From Catajapyx aquilonaris (taxonomy: Eukaryota): 51,564 nucleotides of DNA. The notes beneath the pieces are model-generated. The model had not been told where the DNA came from and ran no database searches. It saw only the letters and a list, made by a program, of their open reading frames with translations. This document shows, piece by piece, positions 25,901 to 40,444 of the stretch; the stretch's first letter is position 1; each line of letters begins with the position of its first letter. The position numbers and the translations under genes were made by a program. The stretch is from contig KZ538717.1 of the NCBI GenBank assembly GCA_000934665.2, positions 1 through 51,564 of the forward strand, written 5' to 3'.

Positions 25901-28900
25901 TATTCAAACGTAATGGGTCATAATACAATAAACACATTGGCACTGGCCATGACTAATTCACATTACACGATTGCTGCATAAAATTACTGTAAAGGGAAAC
26001 CTACTCTCATCACAATTATGATAAAAGGGTTCGTCCCTTAATTACTTGAAGGTGATAGAATCACCTTCTCATCATATGCAAACATAAGAAATAATCCAAT
26101 TGTATGTATGTATCATTCCAACAGCAAAACAGAAATAGCAAAATTTTAAGGATTGGCCAAAATACTGTGCCGTATACTTCGTCCTCTTCTTCTCAAGCTA
26201 TTTTCCCTGTAGACAGACACTGTTGACAATATGATCATCGGCTGTAAAGTCCAAGTCATCTTCACTAAGGCAATTTCCCTGAGGAAATCAAGCAACTTGG
26301 CGACTGAGGCAGCGTAAGGCTGTCTTCCGGGTGCTGTACTCCTAAATTGCGTGATGCAACATCGATTCTTCCCTGACCGATACTGTCATTATTTCGCGTG
26401 ATATGTATTTCCCTGATGTCCAACTTTGCGTGGTGACCAAATTCAACGCTTTTCAGAAAAAGACATGACACGATGACCTGGCCGGCACCTCAGCTGTCTC
26501 TCCCATTACGCAATTGTTCAATTATTAATCTTCAATTTATTTCCAGCGCTGGTTGCCCAGTTGGTGGGAAACCGCGATTCGTGTTCGGCCATTATTGTGC
26601 CCATTACGGTGGCCGCAGCATCCACCGTAATAGCCCAGTTGCCTGGGAACACCATCCACCCGTACTTTCCATCCCACGCACACACTCCCAGCTCGTCACA
26701 CACTCCCTCCAGGCACACACACACACACCCTTAACCATCAGGAAAATCCATTAGAACCAGGGTCCCAAAAAATCGACAATTTTTCGGGTGGAAATGAAGG
26801 AAAAGAAATATTGGCGCAAGTGCAATTACAAAAGTCATCTCCGGCTCTCCTGAGAGTGTGATTAAATTCCTGTGGGAAGACTGCGGGAGGTTTGGCTGAA
26901 GATGTTTCATACAGGAGCACATCATTGCACCTTCTTAGATAAGAGCAGCGGCTCTGCAACGGCCAATGATCCATCATCGAAGGCTGGTAATCAAGATATT
27001 TAATTCTGGAAGCAGTTCAGGCATGATTTTAATTACCTCGCATGCCTTATCTTTTCCGCAGACCACCCCAGCCTTTCAACCCCCCCTCCCTCCCAATGGA
27101 AGGGTCTGACCTCTTCTGACTGAAAGGGGATCAAGTCACCGGAATTTTGGGCTCCCCTTAGTCGGAGCATATGCTCCGAGTCTCCTGGCAACACTGATGC
27201 AATTATTGTGGTGTGTTGATTTATAATCAGCGCTGTATTCATGTACCCTCTGGTCCAGGACTCGCATCATTTGGGTCATCCTGAATCACGGGCAACCCAA
27301 GCGGTTCTGTTGCTCACCGGGAGGCATGCATATTAGGAGCAAAAACTGGTTCCGTAGTTAGGATACCTGAAACCTACCATTAATATAATAGGTTCCTCCT
27401 AAGCTCTCTGCACCCTTATTCATCCGCTTCCTTCATAACTTGTGTGCGTGTTTAGCACCGTATATTCAAGCTTGGGGTTCGATCCCCTGACTTCCTCACC
27501 GATTGGTCACGTTCGGACTGAACATAAGAGAAATGTATGCGCACCCCCCATTTTTCACCGGAAGTTGTATTTTTTTCATATTTAAAATATCCTCCTACTA
27601 TTGTGTTTTGAACAAAGGCGGTAGCACCTGGGTTGAAAGCTACATGGCTGAAATAATAACCATGTATCTGCAAGGGGGGGTATTTAAGTCACGAGACATT
27701 CCGTCGCGTGTCTCTTTCTTTTTCCTCTGGTGAACCGGGGAATCAATCGAAGTCTCGCGTGACGGGGGATCTCCCCTTCCCTAAAAACCCCCTCCAACCG
27801 ATTCGGAAGTAAAGAAGGAAGGTGGGGGAGGGAGAGATTGACTCACGTGCCATCATTGTTGCCAATATTGTTCACGGCATGTACTCTCGGGGACAAAGTG
27901 TGAATCGACATTTTTAATCCCCAAAAGAGTGGCTTGATTGACAACAAAACGGGCAACGTTTGACCCTCTTCCTGCCGCTTTCTACCTGAAAATTGTCATT
28001 CTCCTGTCAACTTTACTGCTCCCCTAAAAAAAAATTGTTCAAAAAATTAACCTGCCTGGTCCAGATTGGCTTCTCTCCGTTTTCCCCATAGCCAGTAAAT
28101 CCCCTGTCTAATCACTTTTAATTATCAAAACGTCAAGAATAAAACCTGCAAATTGAAAACTAGGCCAGTTAAGATAGAACTATCTTGCCATTGACGGGCT
28201 TATAATGCGGGCAATTTCCTGGCCAGACGCTCGGCAAGGCGCCTATCAGTGATGAGTGGCCAAAGGTAGAGGAACATGGTTGTGATAAGACCCCACTGAT
28301 GAAGCTTTTCCCATAGAAGCGGCTTCAACCCCCCCCCCCCAAAAAAAATAGTAATGGCCTCCCACACTCGAAACGATACAGCGCAATAACGCTGGGTTTG
28401 CTATACACTAGGAAGCACAGCGTGGTCAAGTGATTTATAAACCGTATCTCCCGAGCAAGTACTAATTACATGCGGAGCCTGGGGTTTATTTTCCTGCGCG
28501 CGACTCGAATGTGGTCTAACGACGCGACTCGGGCGCTCCCTTTGTCACCCCTTGCCGATTGCATAAAGGTAATTAGGCGTGTCTATGCTTACACGCTCCG
28601 ACTCCCTTCCAAATTGGCAAGAATACCACGGGGGTAGGTGAGAACTAACGTTTCGCTTGCAGAGCTTGGGGGATATATCAGAGCTCTTGGGGAAAAACGC
28701 AACATAAAAAATATATACAGTTTGGAGTGTGCTTAGGCCAGTTTCTGGAGCCACTCGTCTTGAAACGAAGCTGTCAGTAGCATGCAGCCACAACCATGTT
28801 CATCTGTCACCACCAAAGTTACAAGGGGGGGATTCGGAGGAAAGGACAGATTTTCTAGTTTCGCCATACTGCCAACACAGAGAAAACCACATAAAAAAAT

Positions 28901-31900
28901 ATGATTAATCTTATTTGAATTCTGCGAGCTTGGCTAAGTTTGACACGTGTATCTTCAGGAAATGGGGAAAAACCATTTCGTGGACCTGGTGGGCAGGGTC
29001 CAATTAGGGTCCTGAAAGCCCCATCTCTAATCACCCAATGGAGCGGAGGAACAGGAGGCAACAAACTGCCAAGTTCTCTCCCCAGAAAGCTGGGGTGAGC
29101 GAGAAGAAATAGAAGAAGGAAAGAGGAGGGGGGGCCACTACGATTTGGGGTGCAAAGTGGCAGAGCGTGAAATTTTCTTCTTCACGGTCAACCAACCAAC
29201 TGTCGCTCCAACTATACTTTTGTTTCGTGGCAATGTCTCTAAGAGGGGGGAAAATACCAATTTCCTTAGCAGTGTTGCCAAAAGTGTCTGAACCGTTAAA
29301 AGACCGTTAAAAGACGCCATATTTGGGACACACGCAGGTCATGCCCCAATTTACATCGTTTGACTGTAAGACGGAAATAATTCTAGTCCCTAAATTATTT
29401 CCAGTCCACTTGGGCATCTTTTGGAACTGGGAAAGACCCAGCAAACACCATTAGCGAGGTGAACTGCTCTTGCTCACACACATGTGCACACACAAAGGGG
29501 AGGGTATAGATAATTAGAGCCGCAGTTCCGTAAAGTAAACCTGATCCCAAGCCACGCGGCAACCGATCGGAAGGTGGTTTCTTCATTAGGCTCGCCCTGG
29601 CGGTTCCTGTGGCTTGTTACTCCACACTAATAGAACCAACGGAAGGGATTATTGCCCAGCAGGGTTGAAGGGAAGGGGAAAAAACCACCAAGGGAAGAAA
29701 AATCTCCTCGTGGGATGACCTGGACACAATTAGATGTTGGGTGGTGAAAAACCTCATTATGTGGCACACCACCTGTATTCGATATTCAGGCTAGTTCCCT
29801 TATAGCCCTTTATAGCACATCAATAGCACTTTATGTAGACACAAGTTACCACCTTTTTTTCCTCCATGCAAAAATGGCGGGGATGAAAGTAGGGGCTGGG
29901 TCTAGGGGGAGTCTCTTGGGGTTGTAATTAGCCCATAGAAATCCAATTACGGCGGTGCTGTGATTGAAGTGGAGGCTGCTGGTTATTTAACCAATTAGGA
30001 TGGTGAGTCAGAGGCCGCGACCTCAGCATGGGACCAATAAGAGGTAGCCCTGGATGAGTCAGAGACCAGGAGTCTTCCTCCTGGAAGCTGCTGAGGGTGC
30101 TGAGCAGGGGATCTCCTGGAAAAGCCCTGGGATGAGATTGATGGCGTATCAAATGGGATACTTGTGTTGCGGCCAAAGTACAGCCATCAAGGAGCTGATT
30201 GCATGGACTCCCCGCGGCCTCTACATCTCCCAAAACTGCTCCGTTAAAGATGCCCTCTGCCACACATTTTTATGTACTTGTATTACATCGCAGTTAAGCC
30301 TTGTAAACAAAACTAATGGGATGGCATACATTGCAATGTGGGCCAATGCGCCTTTTTAATGCAGAGGATTACGTTTGGAGTTGGCCTTTGCATGCTTTTT
30401 GGCTCTAAATACTCTATGTGAATGGTTATATTAAATTGGACATGAATAGCTTTTCAAAAATAAATGCTGTTCAGCCTGGTAAAGCTATAGTGTGTGTTCT
30501 CATAAAATGTAGTAAAAATTAAGACCGGGCACGCAAATTCCCTAGTGTTTTGAAAGTTGATCACGAGATAATTCCACCGATAATACAATACTGCATAGCA
30601 ATTTGTGAAGCCCACAAAATGCAGTGCAGTGCTGCATAGGGGATTGCTAAAGCCTGAGCTAAAATATTTGCTCATCTCTGAAGCGACCAGCACTGTTCAG
30701 TGTGAAATGAAAAATTTACACGTTTGTTTCTGGGTAATCTCCGAATGGAATATTCGGGTTTTACAAGCAAATTTTATTTCCCCGTAAATAACGCAGCCAG
30801 TAATCAACCTGGCCATACCCCGACTACCGATTGGGAATAGCAGTAACTTATATCTGCGCCGTCGGTTTTGCGTGCAGACATGTTGGCCGGCATAAAAACA
30901 AGCGAAAATATTGAATCAAAGCAGAGCACGAGACACCGGCATTTTCATAATTCAACTGGGGCGAAGCGAAGGCGCTCATCTATTGGCTGGCAGGCTTTTG
31001 TTTTCCCACAGCCCATCCCCAGCTTTGTGTGTGTGTATCCATATGAGAATGGGACCCCAGGGGTTCAGACCCCAGTGTATGAAAGCACCACACCTATACA
31101 ACTTCATATAATTGAGAAAATAGAATTGCCCCCGTTGTAGCCTCCAAAGTGGATCATAAAAAGACCTCGGGTCTGCTTTTTCTGGTCCCATTTTTTCACC
31201 CCCAAAAAACCTCCCATAGTTCCCTTCGTCCCCAACCGGCAGTGATTTTGATCCCCACCGCTCCATTCTGTAATTACCTTTTTATTAGCTGTCGCGGCAA
31301 TCATTATACTGTGTCACACTGCACCATTTGTCATGTTCAGCCCGCAATGCTCAAGGTTTGATTTATGAAACTTTTTGTACACTCTTGGGAACTGCGGCCA
31401 TTTTCTGTGCTACACTGCACCTGTCCTACCCCTCGATACACTCCTAGGCCAAAGCAAGTCTCTTCGAAAATAAGTGCAAGCATGACAACAAATATTTGAC
31501 TTGGAAGCGTAACCGAAACGGGTTTCACGGGGGGGCGACAGCAGGAATTGTGTGAGTTTTTGGAGGGTAAAGAAAAGGGTGGTGTTGAGTCGGGGAGTCC
31601 CCGTGGCTGTCTTTGAGCCAGTTGGCTGGAGAGTGACGAGCCCGGAAGTGCTGGAAAGCTTAGTTGATGGATGCGGGGCCGTCTGGACTGGGGAGGCCAA
31701 AGCCCCGGGCGTGGTCGGGTAGCTGCGATTTGAAACTGCTATTTGCTAAGGAGCGACCCTAGTGGCGCCGAATAAATAAAATATCCGGGCTACAAATCAG
31801 TTGTGCAGGAGTAACCGGACATGCTGGCGATGCAGAGTTAGATCCGTGGTTCCCCAGCGATCTGTGGTATTCAGATGGAAATTTTTAAGCCCCCAATCCC

Positions 31901-34900
31901 TTCCAGACCCCAATGCCATTATGACAATGTGAAAAATGCAAATGTGACAGGCAAGAGGCGAAAAGTGTCTGGAGGCTTTTCCATAAGAGGGTGGAGGATG
32001 CGGTACCCTAATATTCCGCACCCTTCTGATGACGATGCCAAGTGATGGGGAATGCTAGGGGGAAGGGTAGAGAAATTATCATGATTGGTATCGCTCCCGG
32101 GTCGTTATTATTTTAACATTTCAATTTCATGATCGGTGACTAAATCTGAAGTCGGAAATTCTTGAAAGCACTTCCATATGCTGGTTCTAGAAGATTTTTT
32201 AGGTTTTAAAATTATCATATACTAGAAGTCATCATTAGCATAAGTGATTGCATCACAGGCAAACACTTTACAAAGGTTAATATTCTCAAAGATATTTGAC
32301 GTCTTTGAGCCAGTGACGCATTATATGGAAAAAGCTGCTGTCAATATAATGACTTCCACATGCTGAGTAATTAGTTGATTTTCAAATTAGTAATATGCAT
32401 CTTTAATTATGTAATGCTAAGCACTAGTACTAGTGTAAACACGAGTAACTGTAGTATGGCGGATACCATATTATACTTGTATAGAGAGCGTAATGTACGG
32501 ATGGAAAGGGAAATTACTTACAAAAATATTATTTTTGCTCGCAATTTAATACACTGCACGCAGAGTTTATTTTCAAGCATTAAACACAGCTCAAACTATT
32601 AAATTCAGTCGGTAGCTGTAATATATTTGATTAGTTCACGTTTAATTGATCACAAATATTTACGCCGAGCATTATTCAATTAGATAATTAATACATTATT
32701 TTGCCGAAACTCGAATTCAGTACACATGTTGATAAGCTTAATTACCCTGTTATAACCTACACTATGTGTATAATTTTAGGCTAATTATATGTAATTGTAA
32801 GTATTGTGGCAATAACAGCCATCATTAGGACTCGCTACATCATGCTCTGCGATGCATAAAAAGCCAACAGTTTGTGTCGCGGTATTCCCTGCATGTGAAT
32901 TGAAAACCCCGCTTTTTCCATTCATTACAATTACTAAAACTTCAGCACCAGTTTATAAGCTTATGCAATCTTGCTATAGTACACAAATTGAACCCAAATC
33001 TCACAAAATGAGTGAACGATTTTCAAGTACATATTTGTGAACCGGAATCATTTTGAGCCAATATTTGCATTTTTTATGAAGTTGCCTTATAAACTGCCTG
33101 GCAAATGTGGGTCACACAGTGTTATAACGCGTGCAATGGTGTCCCCAGCTCGTTTGTCTTGCAGCGAGGGTCGGTTCACCAACAGCGGATTACTACTTTC
33201 CCTCTTTGCACTGTATACATCCATATAGTAAACTCTATATTTTTTTTCTAGCTCCCCAACATCCCCGGCAGTGATTTTTAATAACCTCACTTGCGACGTA
33301 ATTGGGTTGAGCGCGTGATTTGGGCAAGGTCATGCAAATAGAGCCCATGATTGTGATTTGTGGATATATGCCCCGCAGTACAAACCGCCCCTCTCTCTAC
33401 ACCCTGATGAAAAACCAATGAGCTTCATTGTAACTTTCAATAGAGGTCTACATTTTATCCAAATATCGGCGCAATAGTGTAAATTGCATGTTTGCGGCCC
33501 TATGGACACATTGGGGGTCACATACACAAACTGCAGCACTATTAATGTGGAACGCCCCAGAGCATTTCCAACCTTCCGCAGCAAGACCAAAATTGGTTTC
33601 ACGCTGACACATATATCTAGGTCCAACATATTGGGAAGGACCCCCACCTCTTGCGCCTATGTATGTACGAACTGGAGCCAAAGTGAATACCATCAGCACC
33701 GAGTTTTCCTCCAGATTGAATTAGAAGCTGTGTAAAAATGAAAAATCCGACTTGGATGTAGGGTCCCTAGTGGGATGGGTTCGTTAGGGACGCAACGCGA
33801 TCATGCACTGTTCAGAGGACTATAGGAAGAGACGAAAATGGTCGTGGGTCCCTCCCCTGGGACTACAGTCTCCTACACTTGCGTCGGCTCTGTCAAGTAA
33901 TAATACATTTAGTTCATTGGAGCGTTGTGGATGGAAAGCGAAGTGCTGCTGGGGGTAGGTAGAGGGTGGGAGGAAGGCTCCCACCTCGGCAGTTTCCTCT
34001 TTGAATAAAGTTTGCAATCTGGATGAAAGCGTTTGTTACACTTTCTGATCGAATTTATTTGCCATTCAGGGGGTAATGGATTTTAATTTTCAGCAGCTTT
34101 CCTGATCTTTATCGATTCAGAAAGTGTGTGTCTCGCTCAACAATTCAATTGGGAGAAAATATATCTTAGCTTAATACCCTAATTTAAAGGTTTGTCCAAA
34201 TCGCCTGCAAGGTATAGTCTAAAAGGCATAGTGTGATCAAACACTCTTCCATACACAGTGGTCCGCAATGGTCAGTGTGGGATTTCAAAGTCCCTATGGA
34301 AATACAGTATTGTAAGTTCAATAGTGGGTTGGAACCAAACTATAAAAAAGTGTGTTAGAGAGTGACTATAATTACATAACCTGAGCAAACTGCAGTGGGC
34401 AAGCGAGCCTCGTTTCAAAAGGGCTTTATCAAAATTTTAATCATAATTTTGTGCGTTGCGTACTACAAGATTACATTTGTGGTATAAAAATAGGACGGCT
34501 AGTTTTCTCGTTTTATATCATAAAACAGTGTAAACAGAGCCTAATTAAGGCATCAAAATATGAAGCCGCCCGGTACTAGTGGTCACGCCCAGTTTGCCAT
34601 AAATGCGTTTTTTTCGCTACCATCATAGACATACTGTAGAGCACATCATCACAGTGAACGCAAAAGTGCTCGTTAAATTCTTTGAAAATCGTGGAGGAAA
34701 TGAGCTCATTTCCTGCTGGAGACTGAAAAAGAAATGAATCCAAATCCCCCCCTTTTTCCTCCCACTACCTCCTCCAACTCCTTTCTCTTCTGGTCCCATT
34801 TGGTCTCCATCACCGTCGACAAAGAGGGTGTGGTCCTGCTGGCTGAGCCAAGAGAGAGAGAACCACAAGAGAGCCAAATGCGCGACCGATTGCCAAAGGT

Positions 34901-34931
34901 GAAGAGGATAATTGCGTTGATGGGGCCAAGG

Positions 34932-34991
34932 CTGCTGCTTCTTCTGCTTCTGCTTCTTCTTCTTCTTCTGCAGCAGTAGAGGCAGCAGCAG
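34932..34991. repeat. Compound CTG/CTT then CAG trinucleotide repeat
   Basis: Thirteen CTK triplets (34932-34970) are followed by CAG-rich triplets. Confidence 0.85.
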
Positions 34992-37900
34992 GAGGAGCCC
35001 AGGCTTTAATGGTGATGGGAGTTATTGGAAGGAGACAATCGATTGGGAGCGCAATCGATTTCGGATGGGTTGTTGGACCTAGTTTGGGAGCTAGCTAGGG
35101 CGGGGTTGTGGTTGCCCTTTTGCTCTAGTTGCCAAAAATATCTCAAGTGCAGAATCAACAAATAAGTCCCAGCAAAATTTGCGAACATGATGAATACAGG
35201 CTGACCCTTTGTTGCGGTTTCAACCAAGTATCGCTCACATTTTTTCCCCCTATAAAAACTACATAGTGTGTGGACCCTGATTTGTACCGGCTCTCCAACA
35301 ATGCCTTATACACAGAGTGTGCTGGCTTCAGTGCAAAATGAATAATTGGGGCTGTACAAGGTCCATTCAAGATTTTAATGACTAGGCTATTGTTCTTTGA
35401 ATGGATTTGCCATTTACATTGTGTGTCGCGATGACTCTGAATGTGTCAGCGTCACGCTTGAATCGGACTCATTGGCATATGAATGGACCCTATTGATGAT
35501 TAGCAGAACTCGTTAAAGTCTGAAATTGGTTCTAGATGGTTTTTACCCTGTCATTCTGCATCCTTTGACGTGGCTACAATATGCCATTTTTTTTGCGACC
35601 TGCGGGAAAATACATATAGGCCAAACGTGCCCACCGCTGCTTCTCGGGGCTCATGTTTCCGTGTCCAGCACCCTTGACAATGCCCGCGTTAAACGGTGAC
35701 ACAATTGAAAATGTCAGGCCAGAAACTTCCAAAACGAGCCTGTGCTGGTCAACAAGAATCCCCTATAAACAAGAGCGGCCATAATCACATTTTACACAAA
35801 TTCCACTACATCCAAAACACACTATGGGTGAGGTACAGGCAACTCTAAACCATCATTTTCCAGACCTTAGGATTCAAAATCCTATATTATGCAACAAAGA
35901 GAATAGGGCATGAGAAAATGGGTAGGAAAAAATAGAGCTAGGGGTAGGGGGGGGGGGGTGGGCAAGAGACAAGCAAGTGGGTTCAGAATTAAGCAGTTCA
36001 CTATCAAGTCGGGAGGCTCCATGCATTCAAATGCTCGACAAAGAGCGTCGAGGAAAGGATTCGCAGTCGTTTCCCAGGCGGCGCGAGATTGTTGGAGATT
36101 TCGCACATGTTTACTGGAAATATGGGCTGGGAGAAGGAAGGGGTTGGAGGAGGAGGAGGGAAGAAACTCCCCCATTTCCCTCCCAACCTCCCCCCAAAAA
36201 GCTTCAGTAGACTAGAACGACTTTGCTCGCTTTCTGCTGCTTCTTCTGTTTGCTCCTTTTTGTCGACGGGACTCTATTCTCTTGGATTATTTGCGCCCCA
36301 CTGGGGAAAATGCCAGTTCCAAGGTTTACCGCTGCCCTCTACGGCCCTGGCTATTACTACTCACTGCGGCATTGCATTCAAACTAGGACAAAACCGGGTA
36401 ATGGGAATTACTGTTTTACGATCAATGGGGATATTCCATCAAAAAGTTACGTTCTCTCAGACACCGCCCAACAAATTCCAGGCACCACGTTATGGACACG
36501 GACTGCACTTTACAATGTACTGGATTTATCGGCCGTTACATGGTGTCCCCCTCCAACTCCCCCTCTATCCGGGCCATACCACAACGCAACTGTCGACAAT
36601 CGTCGGTGTAGTTTTGAAGCTGACCCAGAATACAAACCACTCGTCTGTGGCCGGTGGAAACGTCAGCACAAGCTGACAGTTGGTAACCAGAGACCTTGTC
36701 GTTTTCCAGTCGTTCAACATTCGTCCAAGATGGCGAAGGAACCAATCTTTTGTTTTTTTCCCCACCTTCAGTGCCAGCATCAAAGTTCACTCAGCGTTTG
36801 CCACTTTAATTATTAATTATTGCCCGCACATAAAGCCCGCTGGTTTACAAGCTGATAGCAGGCGGCGGGACCGGAATAAACTCCGGTTGTAGAAATTAAG
36901 CCCAATTTTGAGTGCTCTCGTAAAAACGAGATTAGTTCTTTAAACCTGAGATAGCAAGACAAGGCATTGCTGATTAAAACCTCGCAGATTTATCGATTAA
37001 GTTGTGACATCCCCTGCAATTCACAAAATGGAGTTAGTCTGAAGTTGGGAGTTTTGCAGTTAGATGGCGTGAATTCTGGAGATGTCGTGAGACAGCCGAA
37101 TGAGCACCATCATAAGTGACCTCTCTGGGACCAAGGAAGATCGTCTCTCACACAGTCCAGAAATTCCTCTGTATATCCGTCGTCCAAGCAAATTTTGGCC
37201 TCGGTTTTGTGGTCGCAAGCTTGTGGCCTCGAGTTACGAGGCTGCAGGCGACTACAGAATTCATCTCTGCCACGTGGATCTCCTCCCATCTTTTCCGTCC
37301 AAGGGGACCATTCCCCCCAAGTGGTCAGTGTCCGAAGGAGCTGACAAATTGAGGATATTTTCAGCACTACGTCACGTAATTTTTGACAGCACATTCCGGC
37401 CGGAAATGGACGTCTCTCTGCGGAATAATCTGGTGGGACATAAACCCCTTGAAGCGGACCCACATCCCATCCAAAAAAAAAAACGAGGGTATTCTCCGTA
37501 ATCAAATATTTACGCGCGTTCTCTTCTGGCTAATAGCCAGAAAATTACAGTCTTCACTACTCGTTTGATGTACAGCAATTTGAGCTTGAAAACACGCGCG
37601 TAATGGCGTAACAGCACAGATTTTATAGATGTAATTGAACCGGAAAAGCTCCTAGATAAAGTAGAGCGGTGGGAGGGAATTATCCGGGCAGTGGGGGCTA
37701 TTTTGAGGGGCCAGGTCGTCCGGATTTGGCAGGGCAAGATGAATCACTCTGCAGAGTTGGCTGGCCGGCCAGTGTAAAGAGTCAGATGGGGCTGACACAC
37801 CGGGCTGGACTGCCAGGGGCATGCCAATGGTTCAAGGAGAGTAGGGGAGGATCAAATCAGTTGACAGGCACAGAGAGAAAGAGAGGCCACTTTCAGAACG

Positions 37901-40309
37901 CTCATAGTTGACGGCTTGGAGGATGCCCCAGTGAAACTGTGGGAGAAATGAGGAAGAGGAGGACACAAGTGGAGGGCCCAAAGGTGAGTGATGACCATGA
38001 CAGGCGGGATTCTAAAGGGGACTGCAAATAGTTCAGGAAACTTACAAGTTTAAAGTTGGAATTTATGCTTCGGAATACTTGATTGATATCGAGTGTGGAC
38101 TGAAAATATTGAGTTTTTGTTTGCCTCATATAACAGCAGAATTTGAATTCTATTGGAACGGCTGGACCACCATCCGGGTGCAAAATGACACAACACATGA
38201 ATAATGGTGCATCAATGTGACGGGCAATGGGAAACAGCAGGTTGTCATGCTCTGCTACCTGCGTTGTGACATTTGGCCTGTGGAACTACTGCAAGATCAA
38301 ACGGTATCCATTAGCGCTCAAATTAATGTTACAAATGATTTTCCCTCCTGCAATGAGTTTGACAACTGATGTAATCACACATCCTAATCATCAGCGGCAA
38401 TATTACGTGTGTGGTATTACCAATGTAACACACGATTAATGATTTAATTAAATAAATATTATTATTTGTTAGCAGAAATGGATGTAGCGTCAAAATTAAT
38501 TAATTAGTTTCATTTTGTCATTTTTTGGCTTATTCTGCATCACCCAGTGGTTGGGTGTGTTTGTGGGATGTACCGCTGTATAGCAAGTACTATGGGGTCT
38601 CGTGTATACCTTCCACAAAAGGGAGTGAGGGGCCAAGTTTTCAGAAACAGAAGCAAGTTTTTGAAGGCGAAAGCAGAAAGCTCGGAAAAAGAGCCCAACC
38701 CGATAGACAACTCCCCAAAGTGCTCCCTACTCCTCCTTCCCCCCTTTTTTCTGGGGCATTTTCCAGCCAGCGGAAATGGAGGCAGAGAAGCAAAGTTCGT
38801 GGAGCGGCTCCAAAAACAACAGGCCCAACGCTTCGTTGCAAATCAAACACTGTGCTCCGGATATTCCGGGAGACTCTTCCCCCCGTCTGCCTGCTGAGAA
38901 GTAAGTGTCCGCTGGGCTGCGCTTCCTCTAACCCCACTCTTTTTTTTTGGAAACTGATGGATTTTTTTTTGAAAAAAAGAGACCCTTCTAGATTTTGACA
39001 GTCTTCTAATGGCTTTGACATTGTAATAGAATTTAATGGCAGCTGATTACAAATTGGATTCTTCTTTTGTCTACCGTCTGTCGGTTAACTTTGGAGTTAT
39101 GTTCCGGAAGCACGACAAATTTGATTTTTCATCTGGTTTTAAACTGCGAAATAAGAAGCAGATGGATTAATTTGAGCTTGCTGCAAACACTTTGGGTTGG
39201 AAAAGATATATCCTTTTCTCTGCTGCCTGCTCAGCAGATCCGGGCTCGACACGTGGCCATTTCCCGTGATTTCGTTGTCGGGAATCCTCCAGTCTGCTTC
39301 CCGCACCTCTGGAGAAAACGAATCTCACGAGTATTTCACCCCAGGAGAGATGCGATCAACCAGATAATCTCAAGAATTATTCTGACCGTGAGGATTCACC
39401 ATAAATATCCACTAATCTAAACTGCCAGCTCGTGCCTCCCCAAAAAACTAAAGTTTACTGAACTCCATGCCTATATATACAGCCATCACGCAAATCATAT
39501 CCGGACCTAAAAAAAAATCAAGTGGCCCACCATGTGACCCCCAAAATTGCACTTGAACCCTCTCAATTTTTTACGACCACATTAATGCGTATTTATATGA
39601 CCTGCAGCTCTCCACGACCTAAAGTGAGGCAATTCGCACGCAAATGTCGCTCCTAGCCGCAAGCCACACGCACTTCAAATCCCAGCATACACTATATCAG
39701 TGGACCAACTCTAGCGCACTCCAACCAAGAAAATGATTAGTCGGACTTGCCTCGTTTCCGGTGCCGGAAGTTACCGGAAGCGTCTTCCAGCGTCAGAGTT
39801 CCGGTGGTTCATTGCGGATCCCGCGGAATCCGGCCAGGCCTGCCGGACACAAAAGGGGAATGTCTCAGAGCGGATGGCGACATGTGGTCCGGAAAGAGGA
39901 CTGGAGCAGGCTGCGTGTATGTAAAACTAGGTTTTTGCGCATTCATTGTTGGAACCTCACATTGTTTAGCCTCTCTATTGATTTTTAAAGGAACCAGAGA
40001 GGAAAAGGAAATGAAAGAGAGAAACGACAGCGACCAGCAAGAAACTGACCTCGTTCCTGTCATTACTTGCTGGAAATTTATACCTCTAGAACCTGTTGGC
40101 GCCCTCCAATGAAGCTTTCCTATCGATTGTCTGGCTCACTTTTTTTGTACGGGGGGTAATGTAACAACTCTTGGATTTCCAATTTCATATGTTTCAGAAC
40201 CTGCATGTTGTATATCGATTGGATTTGACCAAATAAACGTCCAGTACATTCATCCTGGAATGACGCAACCCAACCCACACGTCATAACCACCAATCTGAT
40301 TCATTGTCT

Positions 40310-40377
40310 TTAAAATATTTCCATTTGGTTGAGATTTGACAATAATGGTCAATCTCATCCAAATGAAAAATTTTTAA
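40310..40377. repeat. Imperfect inverted repeat, ~30-bp arms with a 7-nt loop
   Basis: TTAAAATATTTCCATTTGGTTGAGATTTGAC pairs with GTCAATCTCATCCAAATGAAAAATTTTTAA, with a few mismatches and bulges. Confidence 0.85.
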
Positions 40378-40444
40378 CAAAAAATTTGCGAATCGCACAC
40401 TTATTATTTATTAATTGTTGTTGTACGATTCGCAAATTTTTTGT
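40377..40444. repeat. Inverted repeat, perfect 19-bp arms with a 30-nt spacer
   Basis: ACAAAAAATTTGCGAATCG (40377-40395) is the exact reverse complement of 40426-40444. Confidence 0.93.

Noticed and set aside
34920..34979. MGPRLLLLLLLLLLLLLQQ resembling a signal peptide
   Set aside because: It is produced by a CTG/CTT repeat and is followed immediately by a stop codon.
36089..36816. The two longest ORFs (195 and 197 aa), overlapping on the + strand
   Set aside because: Neither has a recognisable domain, both start at non-ATG codons, their composition looks random and I see no clear splice context. A BLASTp search would be needed to rescue them.
37898..37983. Candidate + strand exon (TTTCAG acceptor, AAG|GTGAGT donor)
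   Set aside because: It has stop codons in all three frames and no other support.
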